64,000 nucleotides of DNA from Candidatus Latescibacterota bacterium (GCA_965116885.1 OZ220741.1:4512001-4576000), one strand, 5' to 3'. Positions 24,353-34,336 are shown, counted from the first letter of the stretch. Notes: generated by a model from the letters alone, not told the origin. A program made the numbers and translations.

Positions 24353-25267
24353 ATGACCGACCCTATTCAAAATTATGCGCGTATTGGTATTGTTCACTTT
24401 ATGGCCTATAAAGCCTGCATTGGTGGCGAAGGCCCCATTTTGGAAACCCTGGAAAAAATTGCCCTTGATCCCTATTTCCAGGTCGTAGAAGTCTCCCACA
24501 TGAAAGATCCGCAAGTGCGCGCACAAGCACGCGACTTGCTCACCGCTGCCCACATGGATGTGGCTTTTGGAGCGCAACCCATTCTGCTGGGCAATCAGCT
24601 CAATATCAATGCCCCCGATGTCGCCCACCGTCAAAGTGCTGTTGACGCCGTCAAAGCGGGGATTGACCAGGCTGAAGAACTCGGTGCGCCTGGCTGTGCC
24701 CTGCTTTCAGGTGTAGATCCGGGTCCCGAGGGCCGCGAAGAAGGTCTCGACCTGCTGGTAGATTCACTGAGCCGACTCTGCGAGTATGCCGGCGAAAAAA
24801 ATATGGACATTGTACTTGAAACCTTTGATCGCGTACCTTACGGCAAAAATTGTATTGTGGGGCCTAATGCCCTCGCGGTTGAAATATCAAACCGCCTCAG
24901 ACGTCAGTATCCCAATTTTGGCCTGATGCTCGATTTGAGCCATTTCCCTCTCCAGGGTGAAGACACAGTTTACGCCATCAACATCGCTCGGGATCACATC
25001 GTCCACATGCACGTTGGCAATTGCGTGATGTCCAACCCCAATCACCCGGCCTATGGCGATAACCACCCTCGCTTTGGCTGCGAAGATGGCGAAAACGATG
25101 TACCCGAAGTTGTAGAATGTCTCCGCGAACTGCTCAATATCGGTTATCTCGACCCCGATAAGCGTCCCATCCTGAGCTTTGAGGTCGCCCCAATGGAAGG
25201 GGAATCCTCGGAAATCATTATCGCCAATGCCAAGCGCGTGCTCGACGAGGCCTGGGCGCAAGTCTAA
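24353..25267 (+). CDS. Sugar phosphate isomerase/epimerase family (xylose-isomerase-like TIM barrel)
   Basis: RBS AAGGAG before ATG; metal ligand pattern LE..., LDLSH, HMHVGN, DNHPRFG, SFE. Confidence 0.8.
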   Translation: MTDPIQNYARIGIVHFMAYKACIGGEGPILETLEKIALDPYFQVVEVSHMKDPQVRAQARDLLTAAHMDVAFGAQPILLGNQLNINAPDVAHRQSAVDAVKAGIDQAEELGAPGCALLSGVDPGPEGREEGLDLLVDSLSRLCEYAGEKNMDIVLETFDRVPYGKNCIVGPNALAVEISNRLRRQYPNFGLMLDLSHFPLQGEDTVYAINIARDHIVHMHVGNCVMSNPNHPAYGDNHPRFGCEDGENDVPEVVECLRELLNIGYLDPDKRPILSFEVAPMEGESSEIIIANAKRVLDEAWAQV

Positions 25268-25282
25268 ACGCGCACCCAAACT

Positions 25283-25327
25283 AAAAAAGCTGGACTTTCC
25301 CGAAAGAGAAGGTCCGGCTATTTTTTT
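25283..25327. terminator. Bidirectional intrinsic terminator
   Basis: A6-GCTGGACTTTC...GAAGGTCCGGC-TA-T7 between convergent genes. Confidence 0.8.
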
Positions 25328-25340
25328 ACTCGCGAAATAC

Positions 25341-26099
25341 TCAATTCCAATATTCACTTTGTGCAGGAGGTCCAGACTTTAATGCCCTGTGAATCAACAG
25401 GCCCAAAACACGCGTAAAAACCACCAGTAAAAAAAAATTAAACACCGAAGTCAGCACCAAACCCACCCAGGCCAACTGTCCCAATATCAAACTGCCGAGC
25501 AGAGATATCCCAAACAGACCAAAACACGCTTGAATGTAGTCGGATCGAACAATCTGGCGCAAATCCCTCCAAACAGGCCCCGGCTCAAATACCATCCACA
25601 CACGTCCCTTAGCGGCAAATCGCGTAAATACAACGGGAAAAAAAATATAAAAAAAGACGACCATAAGTGTAACCAACAGCAACAGAGGCCCGGCTTCTTC
25701 TACAGAACTCGGTATCAAACCGAATACCGAAATTACCATTGCAAAACTCGCAAATCCAATGACGCTATATCCCAGGACAATGAGGAACAACCAGAAGCCC
25801 GCTAATCCATAAGCCCACCAATTGCTCCACGAGGGCAAGGTCAGCGATTCAGTACCGTTGAGCGCATCGACAAAAATCCGATATAAGTAGCCCCAGGCAA
25901 TGAACAATAATCCAAAGGTTACCACCGCCAACACGCCCCCCATCCAGAGCCTTATTTGTCCGGTGAAAATCAGCGCCAGCACCAGCGCGGACAGCAAATT
26001 TAATGCGCCGCCAGGGACAATTTTTTGCCACCATCCAGGCGTCTGAAACACAGCGCGGAGTGTATTAAATAAAATAATGCCAAACATAGCTTTCCACAT
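25341..26099 (-). CDS. Multi-pass membrane protein, DUF4013-like
   Basis: Hydrophobic segments; WGYLYRIF...G...LPSWSNWW pattern typical of DUF4013; start directly after the metB stop (alternative 26087). Confidence 0.6.
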   Translation of the reverse strand: MWKAMFGIILFNTLRAVFQTPGWWQKIVPGGALNLLSALVLALIFTGQIRLWMGGVLAVVTFGLLFIAWGYLYRIFVDALNGTESLTLPSWSNWWAYGLAGFWLFLIVLGYSVIGFASFAMVISVFGLIPSSVEEAGPLLLLVTLMVVFFYIFFPVVFTRFAAKGRVWMVFEPGPVWRDLRQIVRSDYIQACFGLFGISLLGSLILGQLAWVGLVLTSVFNFFLLVVFTRVLGLLIHRALKSGPPAQSEYWN

Positions 26100-26100
26100 G

Positions 26101-27294
26101 TCAGACTGCGTCAAGTGCCCGTCTAACATCGGCAATAATATCCTCGGCGTCTTCAATGCCCACGGCATAGCGCACCAACTCATCGGCAATGCCAATTGCC
26201 AATCGGTCTTCGCGTGCCAATTCGTAATACGAAATAGATGCGGGATGCGAAACAAGACTCTCCACACCACCCAGACTGGCCCCGATACACGGGATTTTCA
26301 AACGGTCAATAAAATCCAGCGTACCTGCCTCATCCGCATCTAAATCAAAACTCACCAGCCCACCAAATCCACGCATCTGCGCTTTGGCAACATCGTGGTG
26401 TGGGTGGCTTTCCAAACCGGGATAATACACGCGCTTTACCCGATCGTGCTTTTCCAAAAACCGCGCCAACATCAGTGCCGTTTCATTTTGCTTACCCATT
26501 CGCAGTGGAAAAGTCTTGATCCCCCGGATCAGCAAATAAGCGCAATGAGGATCGATCACCCCTCCCAAAATACCTCGATAGTCTCGAATCGCACCAATCA
26601 GGGGCGCATTGCCCAGCACAGCACCAGCCATCAAATCGTTGTGCCCCCCCAAATACTTGGTCGCTGAGTGAATGACCAGATCGATGCCAAATTCGAGCGG
26701 GCACTGGTTTAAGGGCGTTGCAAATGTGCTGTCAATAATCGTTTTGACCCGATGCCTTTTTCCAATGTCAACCAGCTTTTCCAGATCGATTACATTGAGA
26801 TGGGGATTTGTCGGAGATTCGGAAATAATCACGCGCGTGTTATCCCTGATCGCGCCTTCCAATTCGGCGTAATCACCCGCGTGTACAAATGTGGTTTCAA
26901 TGCCAAATTTTTTTAACACCATCTGGCAAAATTGCGCGGTTTTGCGATAGCAATCATCCATAATCACCGCGTGGTGCCCGGTTGAGAGCATGCCCAGCAG
27001 CGTGGTTGTTACAGCACTCATACCCGAGGAAAATAAAATAGCAGCCTCTGCGCCTTCCAATTCTGCCAGCTTGGATTCTGCTGCATGCTGTGTTGGATTG
27101 CCATAGCGTCCGTAGTCAATCTGTGGATTTTTGCCCGCCACAAATGCTTTAACCGCATGTGTATCTTCAAATACATAAGTCGATGTTTGCGCAATGGGCA
27201 CTGTCAGAGAATTTCCCCAGTGTCCCCTTTCTTCACCTGCATGTACAGCCCGTGTCCCCGAACAGGGCACAGGCGTTTCGCACTTTTCAGACAT
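26101..27294 (-). CDS. metB: Cystathionine gamma-synthase, plant-type (Cys/Met PLP-dependent family)
   Basis: YGRYGNPT, DCYRKT, ESPTNP, DSTFATPLNQ, SATKYLGGHND (PLP Lys), SYYEL; preceded by SAM riboswitch; RBS GGAGA. Confidence 0.85.
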   Translation of the reverse strand: MSEKCETPVPCSGTRAVHAGEERGHWGNSLTVPIAQTSTYVFEDTHAVKAFVAGKNPQIDYGRYGNPTQHAAESKLAELEGAEAAILFSSGMSAVTTTLLGMLSTGHHAVIMDDCYRKTAQFCQMVLKKFGIETTFVHAGDYAELEGAIRDNTRVIISESPTNPHLNVIDLEKLVDIGKRHRVKTIIDSTFATPLNQCPLEFGIDLVIHSATKYLGGHNDLMAGAVLGNAPLIGAIRDYRGILGGVIDPHCAYLLIRGIKTFPLRMGKQNETALMLARFLEKHDRVKRVYYPGLESHPHHDVAKAQMRGFGGLVSFDLDADEAGTLDFIDRLKIPCIGASLGGVESLVSHPASISYYELAREDRLAIGIADELVRYAVGIEDAEDIIADVRRALDAV

Positions 27295-27305
27295 GCGCCA
27301 TCTCC

Positions 27306-27335
27306 AAAAAAAAAGCGGAGCCACAAAAGCCCCGC
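27306..27335 (-). terminator. Intrinsic terminator-like hairpin 2 in metB leader
   Basis: GCGGGGC-TTTTGTG-GCTCCGC followed by T9, immediately before the RBS. Confidence 0.65.
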
Positions 27336-27344
27336 GCAGTACGC

Positions 27345-27372
27345 AAAAAACCGGACTAAAAAGCCCGGTTTT
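27345..27372 (-). terminator. Intrinsic terminator-like hairpin 1 in metB leader
   Basis: AAAACCGGGCT-TTTT-AGTCCGG followed by T6. Confidence 0.7.
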
Positions 27373-27380
27373 GGGAATAA

Positions 27381-27430
27381 CTTTTTAGCGACTTGTTTAA
27401 AGTGGCTGCAATATGCCGCAAATCACCACT
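27381..27430 (-). ncRNA. SAM-II riboswitch (SAM_alpha class)
   Basis: AGTGGTGATTTGCGGCATATTGCAGCCACTTTAAACAAGTCGCTAAAAAG matches the SAM-II pattern GTGGTGATTT...TTGCAGCCAC...AAGTCGCTAAA; P1 AGTGGT/GCCACT; 5' of a Met-biosynthesis gene. Confidence 0.88.
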
Positions 27431-27450
27431 CGCCATAGCTGTATTTTGAC

Positions 27451-27479
27451 AATGTAATCAAAACCCTCAACCCTGTCAA
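27451..27479 (-). promoter_or_regulatory. Putative sigma70 promoter of riboswitch-metB transcript
   Basis: TTGACA-N17-TACATT about 20 nt upstream of the aptamer; -10 lies inside inverted repeat TTTTGA-N8-TCAAAA (27444-27463). Confidence 0.65.
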
Positions 27480-27532
27480 CTCCCGCATTGAGTATCTGAT
27501 TTTATCTGCGTCCATCTGCGGATGTCTGTCAA

Positions 27533-28882
27533 CTATCTGTTGGCTTCAATCCGGTCGAGAATCGCCTTTTTTACTGCATCGATTTCAGGGGGCAACACAA
27601 CGGGTTCATTGCGGTAATGCGGGCTTACCTCCCAATCCCGTAACTGATCCCGATGATATCCGAGCTTAAACTCACTAAACTTCAACCCGTGAGCCGTTGA
27701 AATCACGATCACGCGATCGCTTTTCTGAATTACGCCCCTGTCAATCAACTTGAACAATACGGCGAAAGCCACCCCGGTGTGCGGGCATGCAAACAAGCCC
27801 GTACGGTCGGCACGCGCAGCCGCATCGGCCAATTCCTCCTCGCTGGCTTGTTCTACGACACCACCGAAGATTTTGAGCGTTTGAATCGCTTTTTCTCGAC
27901 TCACCGGATTGCCGATCTGAATCGCACTGGCCAATGTCGGCTGTGCCTGAATCGGTTCAAAACTATCAAAATTCTTTTCAAAACTTCGGTAGAGCGGATT
28001 TGCCCTGTCGGCCTGGGCAACCGCAATGCGCGGCAACCGGTCAATTAAACCGAGGGCTTTCATTTCGAGAAATCCCTTACCGAGCGCACTCACATTGCCC
28101 AGATTTCCGCCGGGAATCACAACCCAGTCGGGCACTTCCCAATCAAATTGCTGCACCAACTCGATGCTGATTGTTTTTTGCCCCTCTACCCTCAGTGAAT
28201 TCATCGAATTGGCCAAATAGATATTTTCCTCGCGGCAAATCTCCTGCACGAGCCTCATACATCCATCAAAGTCGGTCTCTAAACTCAGCACCAGCGCACC
28301 ATTGGCCAGGGGCTGCAAAAGTTGTGCAGTCGAAATCTTATCCCTCGGCAAAAAGACCACCGATTGTATGCCCGCCGCTGCACAATACGCAGCCAACGCC
28401 GCCGAGGTATCCCCAGTAGATGCACACGCAACCGCCGGAATACGAGCCCCTTCAAATAGCATCTGTTTCACCATGGATACCAGCACCGTCATGCCCAAAT
28501 CTTTGAACGATCCCGTATGGCTGTTACCGCATTGCTTAACCCACAAATCCTCAATACCAATTTCTCGGCCCAAACGCTCGGCCCAAAACAGATTGCTACC
28601 CCCTTCGTACATCGACACCACATTGTCTTCGTGAACCACGGGACAGACCAGTTCTTTTTTTCCCCACACCGAACTGCCATAAGGCCATGTGGTAGTCATA
28701 TAACGCTTATCAAACAATTCGCGCCAATAACTACCCGACTTGCGCTTGAGCATCTCCATATCGTGCGCCACTTCGAGCAACCCTCCGCACGTTGGACATG
28801 CGTAAATCACATCCGTCAACGCATATCGACCTTCGCATCCGCGAAAACACCGAAACCACGCATTATAAGTTGTATCGTTCAT
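27533..28882 (-). CDS. thrC: Threonine synthase, plant-type
   Basis: [11 protein letters not shown] (PLP Lys), [39 protein letters not shown]-terminal [12 protein letters not shown]; start MNDTTYNAW. Confidence 0.93.
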   Translation of the reverse strand: MNDTTYNAWFRCFRGCEGRYALTDVIYACPTCGGLLEVAHDMEMLKRKSGSYWRELFDKRYMTTTWPYGSSVWGKKELVCPVVHEDNVVSMYEGGSNLFWAERLGREIGIEDLWVKQCGNSHTGSFKDLGMTVLVSMVKQMLFEGARIPAVACASTGDTSAALAAYCAAAGIQSVVFLPRDKISTAQLLQPLANGALVLSLETDFDGCMRLVQEICREENIYLANSMNSLRVEGQKTISIELVQQFDWEVPDWVVIPGGNLGNVSALGKGFLEMKALGLIDRLPRIAVAQADRANPLYRSFEKNFDSFEPIQAQPTLASAIQIGNPVSREKAIQTLKIFGGVVEQASEEELADAAARADRTGLFACPHTGVAFAVLFKLIDRGVIQKSDRVIVISTAHGLKFSEFKLGYHRDQLRDWEVSPHYRNEPVVLPPEIDAVKKAILDRIEANR

Positions 28883-28907
28883 AATCGCCGCCAATATAGA
28901 TAATTTC

Positions 28908-29675
28908 TCAAATCCGCTCCAGCGCACGCGCCTCAATCCAGCCGCCGAGACCCGACCGCAGGCGCACCAGCAACCACCCACCTTCAACGCGCTCAATCTC
29001 GACCTTGGTGCCTTCGTGGAGCGTGAACACCTGTAAAAAATCGGAGCCAGGCCCGCTGCGGCCAATAGCCTCATCCACCAAAATGATAGCTTTGGGAATG
29101 CTGTGTTGATGCGCCTTAAACGCAAGCATCGCCGCACTGCCCAAAAATCCGACCACAAAAACCACCAGCAACCCACTCCACAGCAAACGACGGACTGGCA
29201 CAAAAATCCAACACACCGCCACACCGCCTATCAAAAAAACAAATACACAAACCATAACTGCCAGCGCGTCGAGGGCAAAAAACGCAAAAACCGCTTGCAA
29301 AAGCCGCGTCAAAATATTGACCTCATCCTCGCTTTCTCGATCAATCTTCTGGGCATTGGCAAACTGCAAATTCGCCAGAACATCCCGATCGCCTGGCATC
29401 AATTTCAAAGCGCGTTCATAAGATAAAATCGCACGTCCGAGCCGCGCGTTTTTAAAATACGCATTGCCCAGATTATAATACACCTCACCGTTGTTCAGCC
29501 CCTGTGCAATTACGCGTTCATAAGCCGAAATCGCCGCATCAAAATCCCCGGCGCGGTAGTGTTCATTGCCCCGATTGTACAGCGCGACAAGAGCTTCTGA
29601 GGCGAATACCGCATCCACGCCAAGTATCGCAACTGCGACAACGGGGTATAACAGCCGTTCTATCACCGTCCTCAT
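28908..29675 (-). CDS. batE: BatE-like TPR + SH3 membrane protein
   Basis: Signal peptide, TPR ([10 protein letters not shown]...AILSYERA), two TMs, C-terminal SH3b (RSGPG...LHEGTKV...GWI). Confidence 0.85.
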   Translation of the reverse strand: MRTVIERLLYPVVAVAILGVDAVFASEALVALYNRGNEHYRAGDFDAAISAYERVIAQGLNNGEVYYNLGNAYFKNARLGRAILSYERALKLMPGDRDVLANLQFANAQKIDRESEDEVNILTRLLQAVFAFFALDALAVMVCVFVFLIGGVAVCWIFVPVRRLLWSGLLVVFVVGFLGSAAMLAFKAHQHSIPKAIILVDEAIGRSGPGSDFLQVFTLHEGTKVEIERVEGGWLLVRLRSGLGGWIEARALERI

Positions 29676-29677
29676 AA

Positions 29678-31516
29678 CTAAATACACCGCTCCAGCGCAC
29701 CGATCAAATCTTCGGTCTGCGCGAACAACGCCTGCATCTGCTCTGCCGAAATCTGTCCCGGCGCAAACCGCGCCTGATCGCATTGACCAAATACGTCTTG
29801 AACGCCCGAAATTACCTGTGTATCTACACCGTGACCCACCAGCACAGCACCAATCTGGTCCGCCGTTAAACCCGCCGCAGCGCGATTGGTTCGATCTGCG
29901 ACAAACTGCGCCAAAGACCTGTGAACTTCACCGTGAAAACCCGCACTATCTCCCGCCTCCATTAACCCTTTGGCCTTGCCCAACCGCCGCTGTGCTTCCG
30001 AGCGCGAACGCCTTCTGCGCGCATAAGCGACATCACCTTCCAGACGCGCGCGATGACGCCGATAAGCATACGCGCCAACCACCCCCAAAAAGGGAACCAA
30101 CTGCAAAAGCCAAAACCCACTGCGCTGATAGAGTAACAGACTCTGATCGACCAAATGCATTCGATCGGGCTTGATATACCGAATATCGCTGCCCAGCGCG
30201 CGCACTTCTTCACCCCGCAACCCGTCAACTGGCTGCGGTGCCAATTCACCTGGCGTCACATGCAACGTAATGGGTTTGGTCTGTACGGTTTTATACCGCC
30301 TCTGCACAGGATCAAAATAGGCCAGGGTAAAAGGCGGTAATATCACCTGCCCCGCTTTTTGCGGGATCGCCACATATTCAAAAGTTTTTTTTCCGCTTAT
30401 ACCCTGCTTTTGTGTTTCCAAATTCGTCTTGGGATCATAAAACTTAAACCGCGCCCGGTCAGGACGAATCGGCTCGCCAATCGCGTGCAAGTTTCCCGCT
30501 CCCTGTACCACCACCTTCACAGCAACGGGATCGCCAGCTTTTACCTTATCAGGAATCGCCTCAGCGCGCATCTCAAATTGCCCAACAGCACCGCCAAAAC
30601 CCTTCGGCGCACCAGCAGGCAACGGTTTCACCTCAATTTCAATATCGCCTGACCGCACTGTCACCTGCTGCGTATCAAACGCACCAAATGGATCAAAATC
30701 GAACAGACCGCGCGACCGTCGCCCCGCAACAATTTCGCAATTCACCTCAAGTTGCTCCAGGGTGTGCTTACCCGCCGTTGTCGGAAACAGTGCCAAACGC
30801 TTAAGCAATGCCGTATTAAACGCGCGCCCATCGACAACCTCTCGCTGCATATTCAAACGCTGAGCATCAAACACAGTCTCTGCCCAAAATCCCGTAAATG
30901 TCGGCACATGGCCGTATTGCACATTTCGCAAATCATAACGCGTAAACAATTTATAGGTCACTCCCACTTGTTCCCCCACATAAACCACTCGCTTTTCGGG
31001 AATCGCCTGCAAAAACAAATTTTGTTCAATTTCCCGAATCTCTGACCGTCCCATTGACCGTCCCGTTGATGGCGCGGGGCGCGTCTGCGGACGACCACTC
31101 CTTTTCACTACCTCAACGCGCACCTGGTCAGACCGAATTGTCTTACCATCATGAGCCAACTGCGCCGGACCGAGCACATAAGTGCCTTGTCTCTGTGCGC
31201 GAAAAGAAAAAACATACGCTGTCGTGCGCTTTGTTGTCATCTCGCCATTGGCAATATTGACGGACATTGACGTAGAAGACGTACTACCCGTCAATTGCAA
31301 CCCATCAGGTGTGGGAACCTGGGGTGCAGACACACTACCCATCTGTGCAGCCTCAACCTCCACAGTGAACTGGATCAAATCGCCAACTTCTACCCGAGTG
31401 CGATCTACTGACGCCTGCACCGTCACATCCTGTGCATCAATCCCCTGTGCCCACAACAGAGCAAACAAAACACCGCACAAAAATATCCACCTTTTCCTAC
31501 CATGCATTGCCATCAT
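29678..31516 (-). CDS. batD: BatD family oxygen-tolerance protein
   Basis: Signal peptide; ASVDRTRV, VYVGEQV, GAVGQF, YFDP, DIRYIK, TM, ARFAP. Confidence 0.87.
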   Translation of the reverse strand: MMAMHGRKRWIFLCGVLFALLWAQGIDAQDVTVQASVDRTRVEVGDLIQFTVEVEAAQMGSVSAPQVPTPDGLQLTGSTSSTSMSVNIANGEMTTKRTTAYVFSFRAQRQGTYVLGPAQLAHDGKTIRSDQVRVEVVKRSGRPQTRPAPSTGRSMGRSEIREIEQNLFLQAIPEKRVVYVGEQVGVTYKLFTRYDLRNVQYGHVPTFTGFWAETVFDAQRLNMQREVVDGRAFNTALLKRLALFPTTAGKHTLEQLEVNCEIVAGRRSRGLFDFDPFGAFDTQQVTVRSGDIEIEVKPLPAGAPKGFGGAVGQFEMRAEAIPDKVKAGDPVAVKVVVQGAGNLHAIGEPIRPDRARFKFYDPKTNLETQKQGISGKKTFEYVAIPQKAGQVILPPFTLAYFDPVQRRYKTVQTKPITLHVTPGELAPQPVDGLRGEEVRALGSDIRYIKPDRMHLVDQSLLLYQRSGFWLLQLVPFLGVVGAYAYRRHRARLEGDVAYARRRRSRSEAQRRLGKAKGLMEAGDSAGFHGEVHRSLAQFVADRTNRAAAGLTADQIGAVLVGHGVDTQVISGVQDVFGQCDQARFAPGQISAEQMQALFAQTEDLIGALERCI

Positions 31517-32225
31517 ATCGCCTGCCCCGCAACTTCAATTTGCGTCGCTTCTGGGATTCTTCTTCTCGCGCCTTCATCGCATTGAGAATCCGCGCCGCCT
31601 CCTCGGGCGTCATCTCTCTGGGATCGGGCTGTTGCCCCTGCTGTTGATCCTGTTGATCCTGTTGATCCTGTTGATCCTGATTCTGATCTTGCTGATTCTG
31701 GTCTTGCTGATTCTGGTCTTGATTTTGACTTTGGTCCTGCTGATCCCGGTTTTGATCTTGATTTTTATCCTGTTCATCCTGTTGATTTTTATCCTGCCTA
31801 TCCTGATCCAGTTTTTCCAATGCCAATTCCAAATTAATTTTGGCGTCTATATCATCCGGCTTTATCTCGAGTGATTTTTTATAAGCGCCCACAGCTTCCT
31901 GAAACTTCTCCTGCCGAAACAGCGCATTGCCCAAATTGTAATGTGCAGCAGCAGACATATCCGGATGCGTGCCTTCGGTGGCACGCCCCATCTCCTGCAG
32001 GGCCTCGGCATATTTACCCTGCTTGTAGAGTGCATCGCCAGCATTAAAATGCAATACCGGTCGGGGTTGCCCTTCTTGCTGTGCTTCTAAATACCGACGC
32101 AATGCAGCTTCGTACTCCCCCTTTTCAAACAGCGCATTGCCCTCTTCATTCTTTTTTGCCACGGGATCGAGAAATGTCCACCCCAGGAATGGCACTGCCA
32201 GCAAAACATATAAAAATCGCGTCAT
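31497..32225 (-). CDS. batC: BatC-like TPR protein with Q/D/N-rich linker
   Basis: TPRs (HYNLGNALF, DAKINLELA), low-complexity linker, EEAARIL, C-terminal W. Confidence 0.85.
   Translation of the reverse strand: MTRFLYVLLAVPFLGWTFLDPVAKKNEEGNALFEKGEYEAALRRYLEAQQEGQPRPVLHFNAGDALYKQGKYAEALQEMGRATEGTHPDMSAAAHYNLGNALFRQEKFQEAVGAYKKSLEIKPDDIDAKINLELALEKLDQDRQDKNQQDEQDKNQDQNRDQQDQSQNQDQNQQDQNQQDQNQDQQDQQDQQDQQQGQQPDPREMTPEEAARILNAMKAREEESQKRRKLKLRGRRYDGNAW
31631..31810 (-). repeat. Coding low-complexity repeat (Q/D/N linker of BatC)
   Basis: Repeated CTGTTGATC and 15-nt CTTGCTGATTCTGRT units encoding QQD/QNQQD. Confidence 0.8.
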
Positions 32226-32237
32226 AAAAAAGCCTCT

Positions 32238-32314
32238 TAGTTGTCAGTAGCCAGTTATCAGTCCCAGCCACCCAACCCTATAATTTTTAATTTTTAATTC
32301 CCAATTCTTAATTG
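32238..32314. repeat. Degenerate heptamer repeats, intergenic
   Basis: TAGTTGT CAGTAGC CAGTTAT CAGTCCC then TAATTTT TAATTTT TAATTCC CAATTCT TAATTG. Confidence 0.7.
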
Positions 32315-33337
32315 TTATTCAAATCGCCCGCGCCATGCTTCTTCACTGCGTCGCCGATCCGATAACAGAGCCTCGCTCACAAAACAAAACAGAGCAAGAG
32401 CCAACGGCCATTGGAACCTGTGAATATACTGCGCGTAACGCTGCGTTCCCAAATCGCGCTTCTCCATCTCTGAAATCCGTTCATGCACCGCCTGCAATCC
32501 AATCCCTCCGCCGCTGGCACGCACATATAAACCATCGGTCACACGCGCGATCTCCTTCAGAATTGCTTCATCCAACCGCGTCTTGACAATCTTGCCCTCA
32601 GAATCCTTCAAATAATCTACCCTATCGCCAGCGCGGATCGGAATCAACTCACCCTCCGCAGTCCCCACACCCACAGCAAATATTCGCACATCCTCTTCCG
32701 CTGCCGCTCGTGCTGCTGCAATGGGGTCGCCCCCATGATTTTCGCCATCTGTAATCAAAATGAGCGCTTTGTATTTCCCATTGCGCGCCCCAAATCCTCG
32801 AATGGCCGCGCGAATCGCTTCGGCAACTGCCGTGCCCTGCTCTGAAATCAACGTGACATCGGCCTGCCCCAAAAACATCTTTGCCGCGCCATAATCCAGC
32901 GTAAGCGGACAGAGTACATGGCTATAACCGGCAAAAGCCACCAAGCCGATGCGGTCGCCTTCAAGGCGATCGATCAACCCCTCAATTTCAAAACGCGCGC
33001 GATCCAGCCTATTGGGTTTAATATCCTCGGCCAACATACTCAACGACGTATCCAGAACAATCACCAGATCGACGCCCCGACGATGGATCAATTCCAATTC
33101 GGTGCCGAACTGCGGTTGTACCAGTGCCAGAATCAAAAAAATGAATCCAACACACACCAGCGTGGATTTTATGCCTTGCCGCATGCGACTGACACCCGAA
33201 GCGAGTTTATCCATCAACTCGGGAGCACCAAACGCATACAGCGCCCTGCGCTTGCGTCGAAATGCCCACCAGTAAAAAAGCGCGAAAACCGGCACGCACA
33301 AAAGGAAATAAAAAGCCTGTGGATCGCCAAACCGCAT
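32315..33337 (-). CDS. batB: BatB-like von Willebrand factor A protein
   Basis: N-terminal TM, MIDAS DTSLSM, PLTLD, ITDGE, GVGTAEGELIP. Confidence 0.88.
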   Translation of the reverse strand: MRFGDPQAFYFLLCVPVFALFYWWAFRRKRRALYAFGAPELMDKLASGVSRMRQGIKSTLVCVGFIFLILALVQPQFGTELELIHRRGVDLVIVLDTSLSMLAEDIKPNRLDRARFEIEGLIDRLEGDRIGLVAFAGYSHVLCPLTLDYGAAKMFLGQADVTLISEQGTAVAEAIRAAIRGFGARNGKYKALILITDGENHGGDPIAAARAAAEEDVRIFAVGVGTAEGELIPIRAGDRVDYLKDSEGKIVKTRLDEAILKEIARVTDGLYVRASGGGIGLQAVHERISEMEKRDLGTQRYAQYIHRFQWPLALALFCFVSEALLSDRRRSEEAWRGRFE

Positions 33338-34336
33338 CTAAGGCAACCTCCGAAATCGCGTATTGCCCAGCACCAATTCCAATGACAGCAATGCCAACCC
33401 GGAATAGAGAAACAGGTGAAACAACTCGCGATAATCCACATATTCGCGCACTTTGATCTCTGTCTTTTCCATTTCGCCAATCTCAGCGTATATCTCCTCC
33501 AGTTTTTCTTCACTCGTCGCTCTGAAATACTTCCCACCTGTTGCATCCGCTACTTTTTTAAGCGTCTCTTCGTCAATCTCAACTTTGACCGGTACAAATC
33601 GCTTACCAAAAATCCCATCAACCTCCTGCATAATCGTACCCCTGCTGCCAGCGCCAATCGCATAAATGCGAATCCCCACAGCCTCTGCTGCACGCGCTGC
33701 GGTCATCGGATCGATCTCACCGCGATTATTCTTCCCATCTGTCAATAAAATAATCACCTTACTCTTAGCCTCAGATTCTCGCAAACGATTCACCGCAGTT
33801 GCGATCCCCAAACCAATGGCAGTGCCATCCCAGTCTTTGCCGGCAATTTCAACACCATCGAGAAAACTCAAAAACACGCCGTAATCCAGCGTAAGCGGGC
33901 ATTGCGTATAGGCTTCTGCGGCAAAGACCACAAGCCCCAGACGATCATTGGCACGCCCCTGTGCAAATTGCGCTACCACCTCTTTGCACACTTCCAACCG
34001 GGTCTTGCGCTGGTCCGCCAGATCTTTGGCCTCCATACTGCTCGACACATCAATCGCCAGCGCAATATCAATACCTTGACTTAAAATTTCTCGGCCTTCG
34101 CGCCCTGACTGCGGCCGCGCCATCGCCGCAATGAGCAAAGCCAGAGCCACACAGCGAAACGCGATCAAACTATGCCGCAGTTTCAGCGAAAAGGACGGGC
34201 CAATACGCCGAAAAAGGCGCGTATCGGAAAAACGAATGCGCCCCGACTTGCGCCTTTCGCGCCCAATATAGCGATAGATGAGTACCGGAATAAACAACAG
34301 GAGCAGCAACCACTCCGGATTGGCAAAACGCATCAC
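33338..34336 (-). CDS. batA: BatA-like von Willebrand factor A protein
   Basis: MRFANPEWL, ARPQ, MIDAS DVSSSM, GTAIG, LLTDGKNNRG, TGGKYFRA. Confidence 0.9.
   Translation of the reverse strand: MMRFANPEWLLLLLFIPVLIYRYIGRERRKSGRIRFSDTRLFRRIGPSFSLKLRHSLIAFRCVALALLIAAMARPQSGREGREILSQGIDIALAIDVSSSMEAKDLADQRKTRLEVCKEVVAQFAQGRANDRLGLVVFAAEAYTQCPLTLDYGVFLSFLDGVEIAGKDWDGTAIGLGIATAVNRLRESEAKSKVIILLTDGKNNRGEIDPMTAARAAEAVGIRIYAIGAGSRGTIMQEVDGIFGKRFVPVKVEIDEETLKKVADATGGKYFRATSEEKLEEIYAEIGEMEKTEIKVREYVDYRELFHLFLYSGLALLSLELVLGNTRFRRLP

Noticed and set aside
28883..29224. N-terminal extension of the 563-aa thrC ORF
   Set aside because: Overlaps batE in another frame; homology begins at MNDTTYNAW (28882).
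31631..31810. Q/D/N repeat as a novel repeat element
   Set aside because: Low-complexity linkers are a normal feature of BatC proteins.
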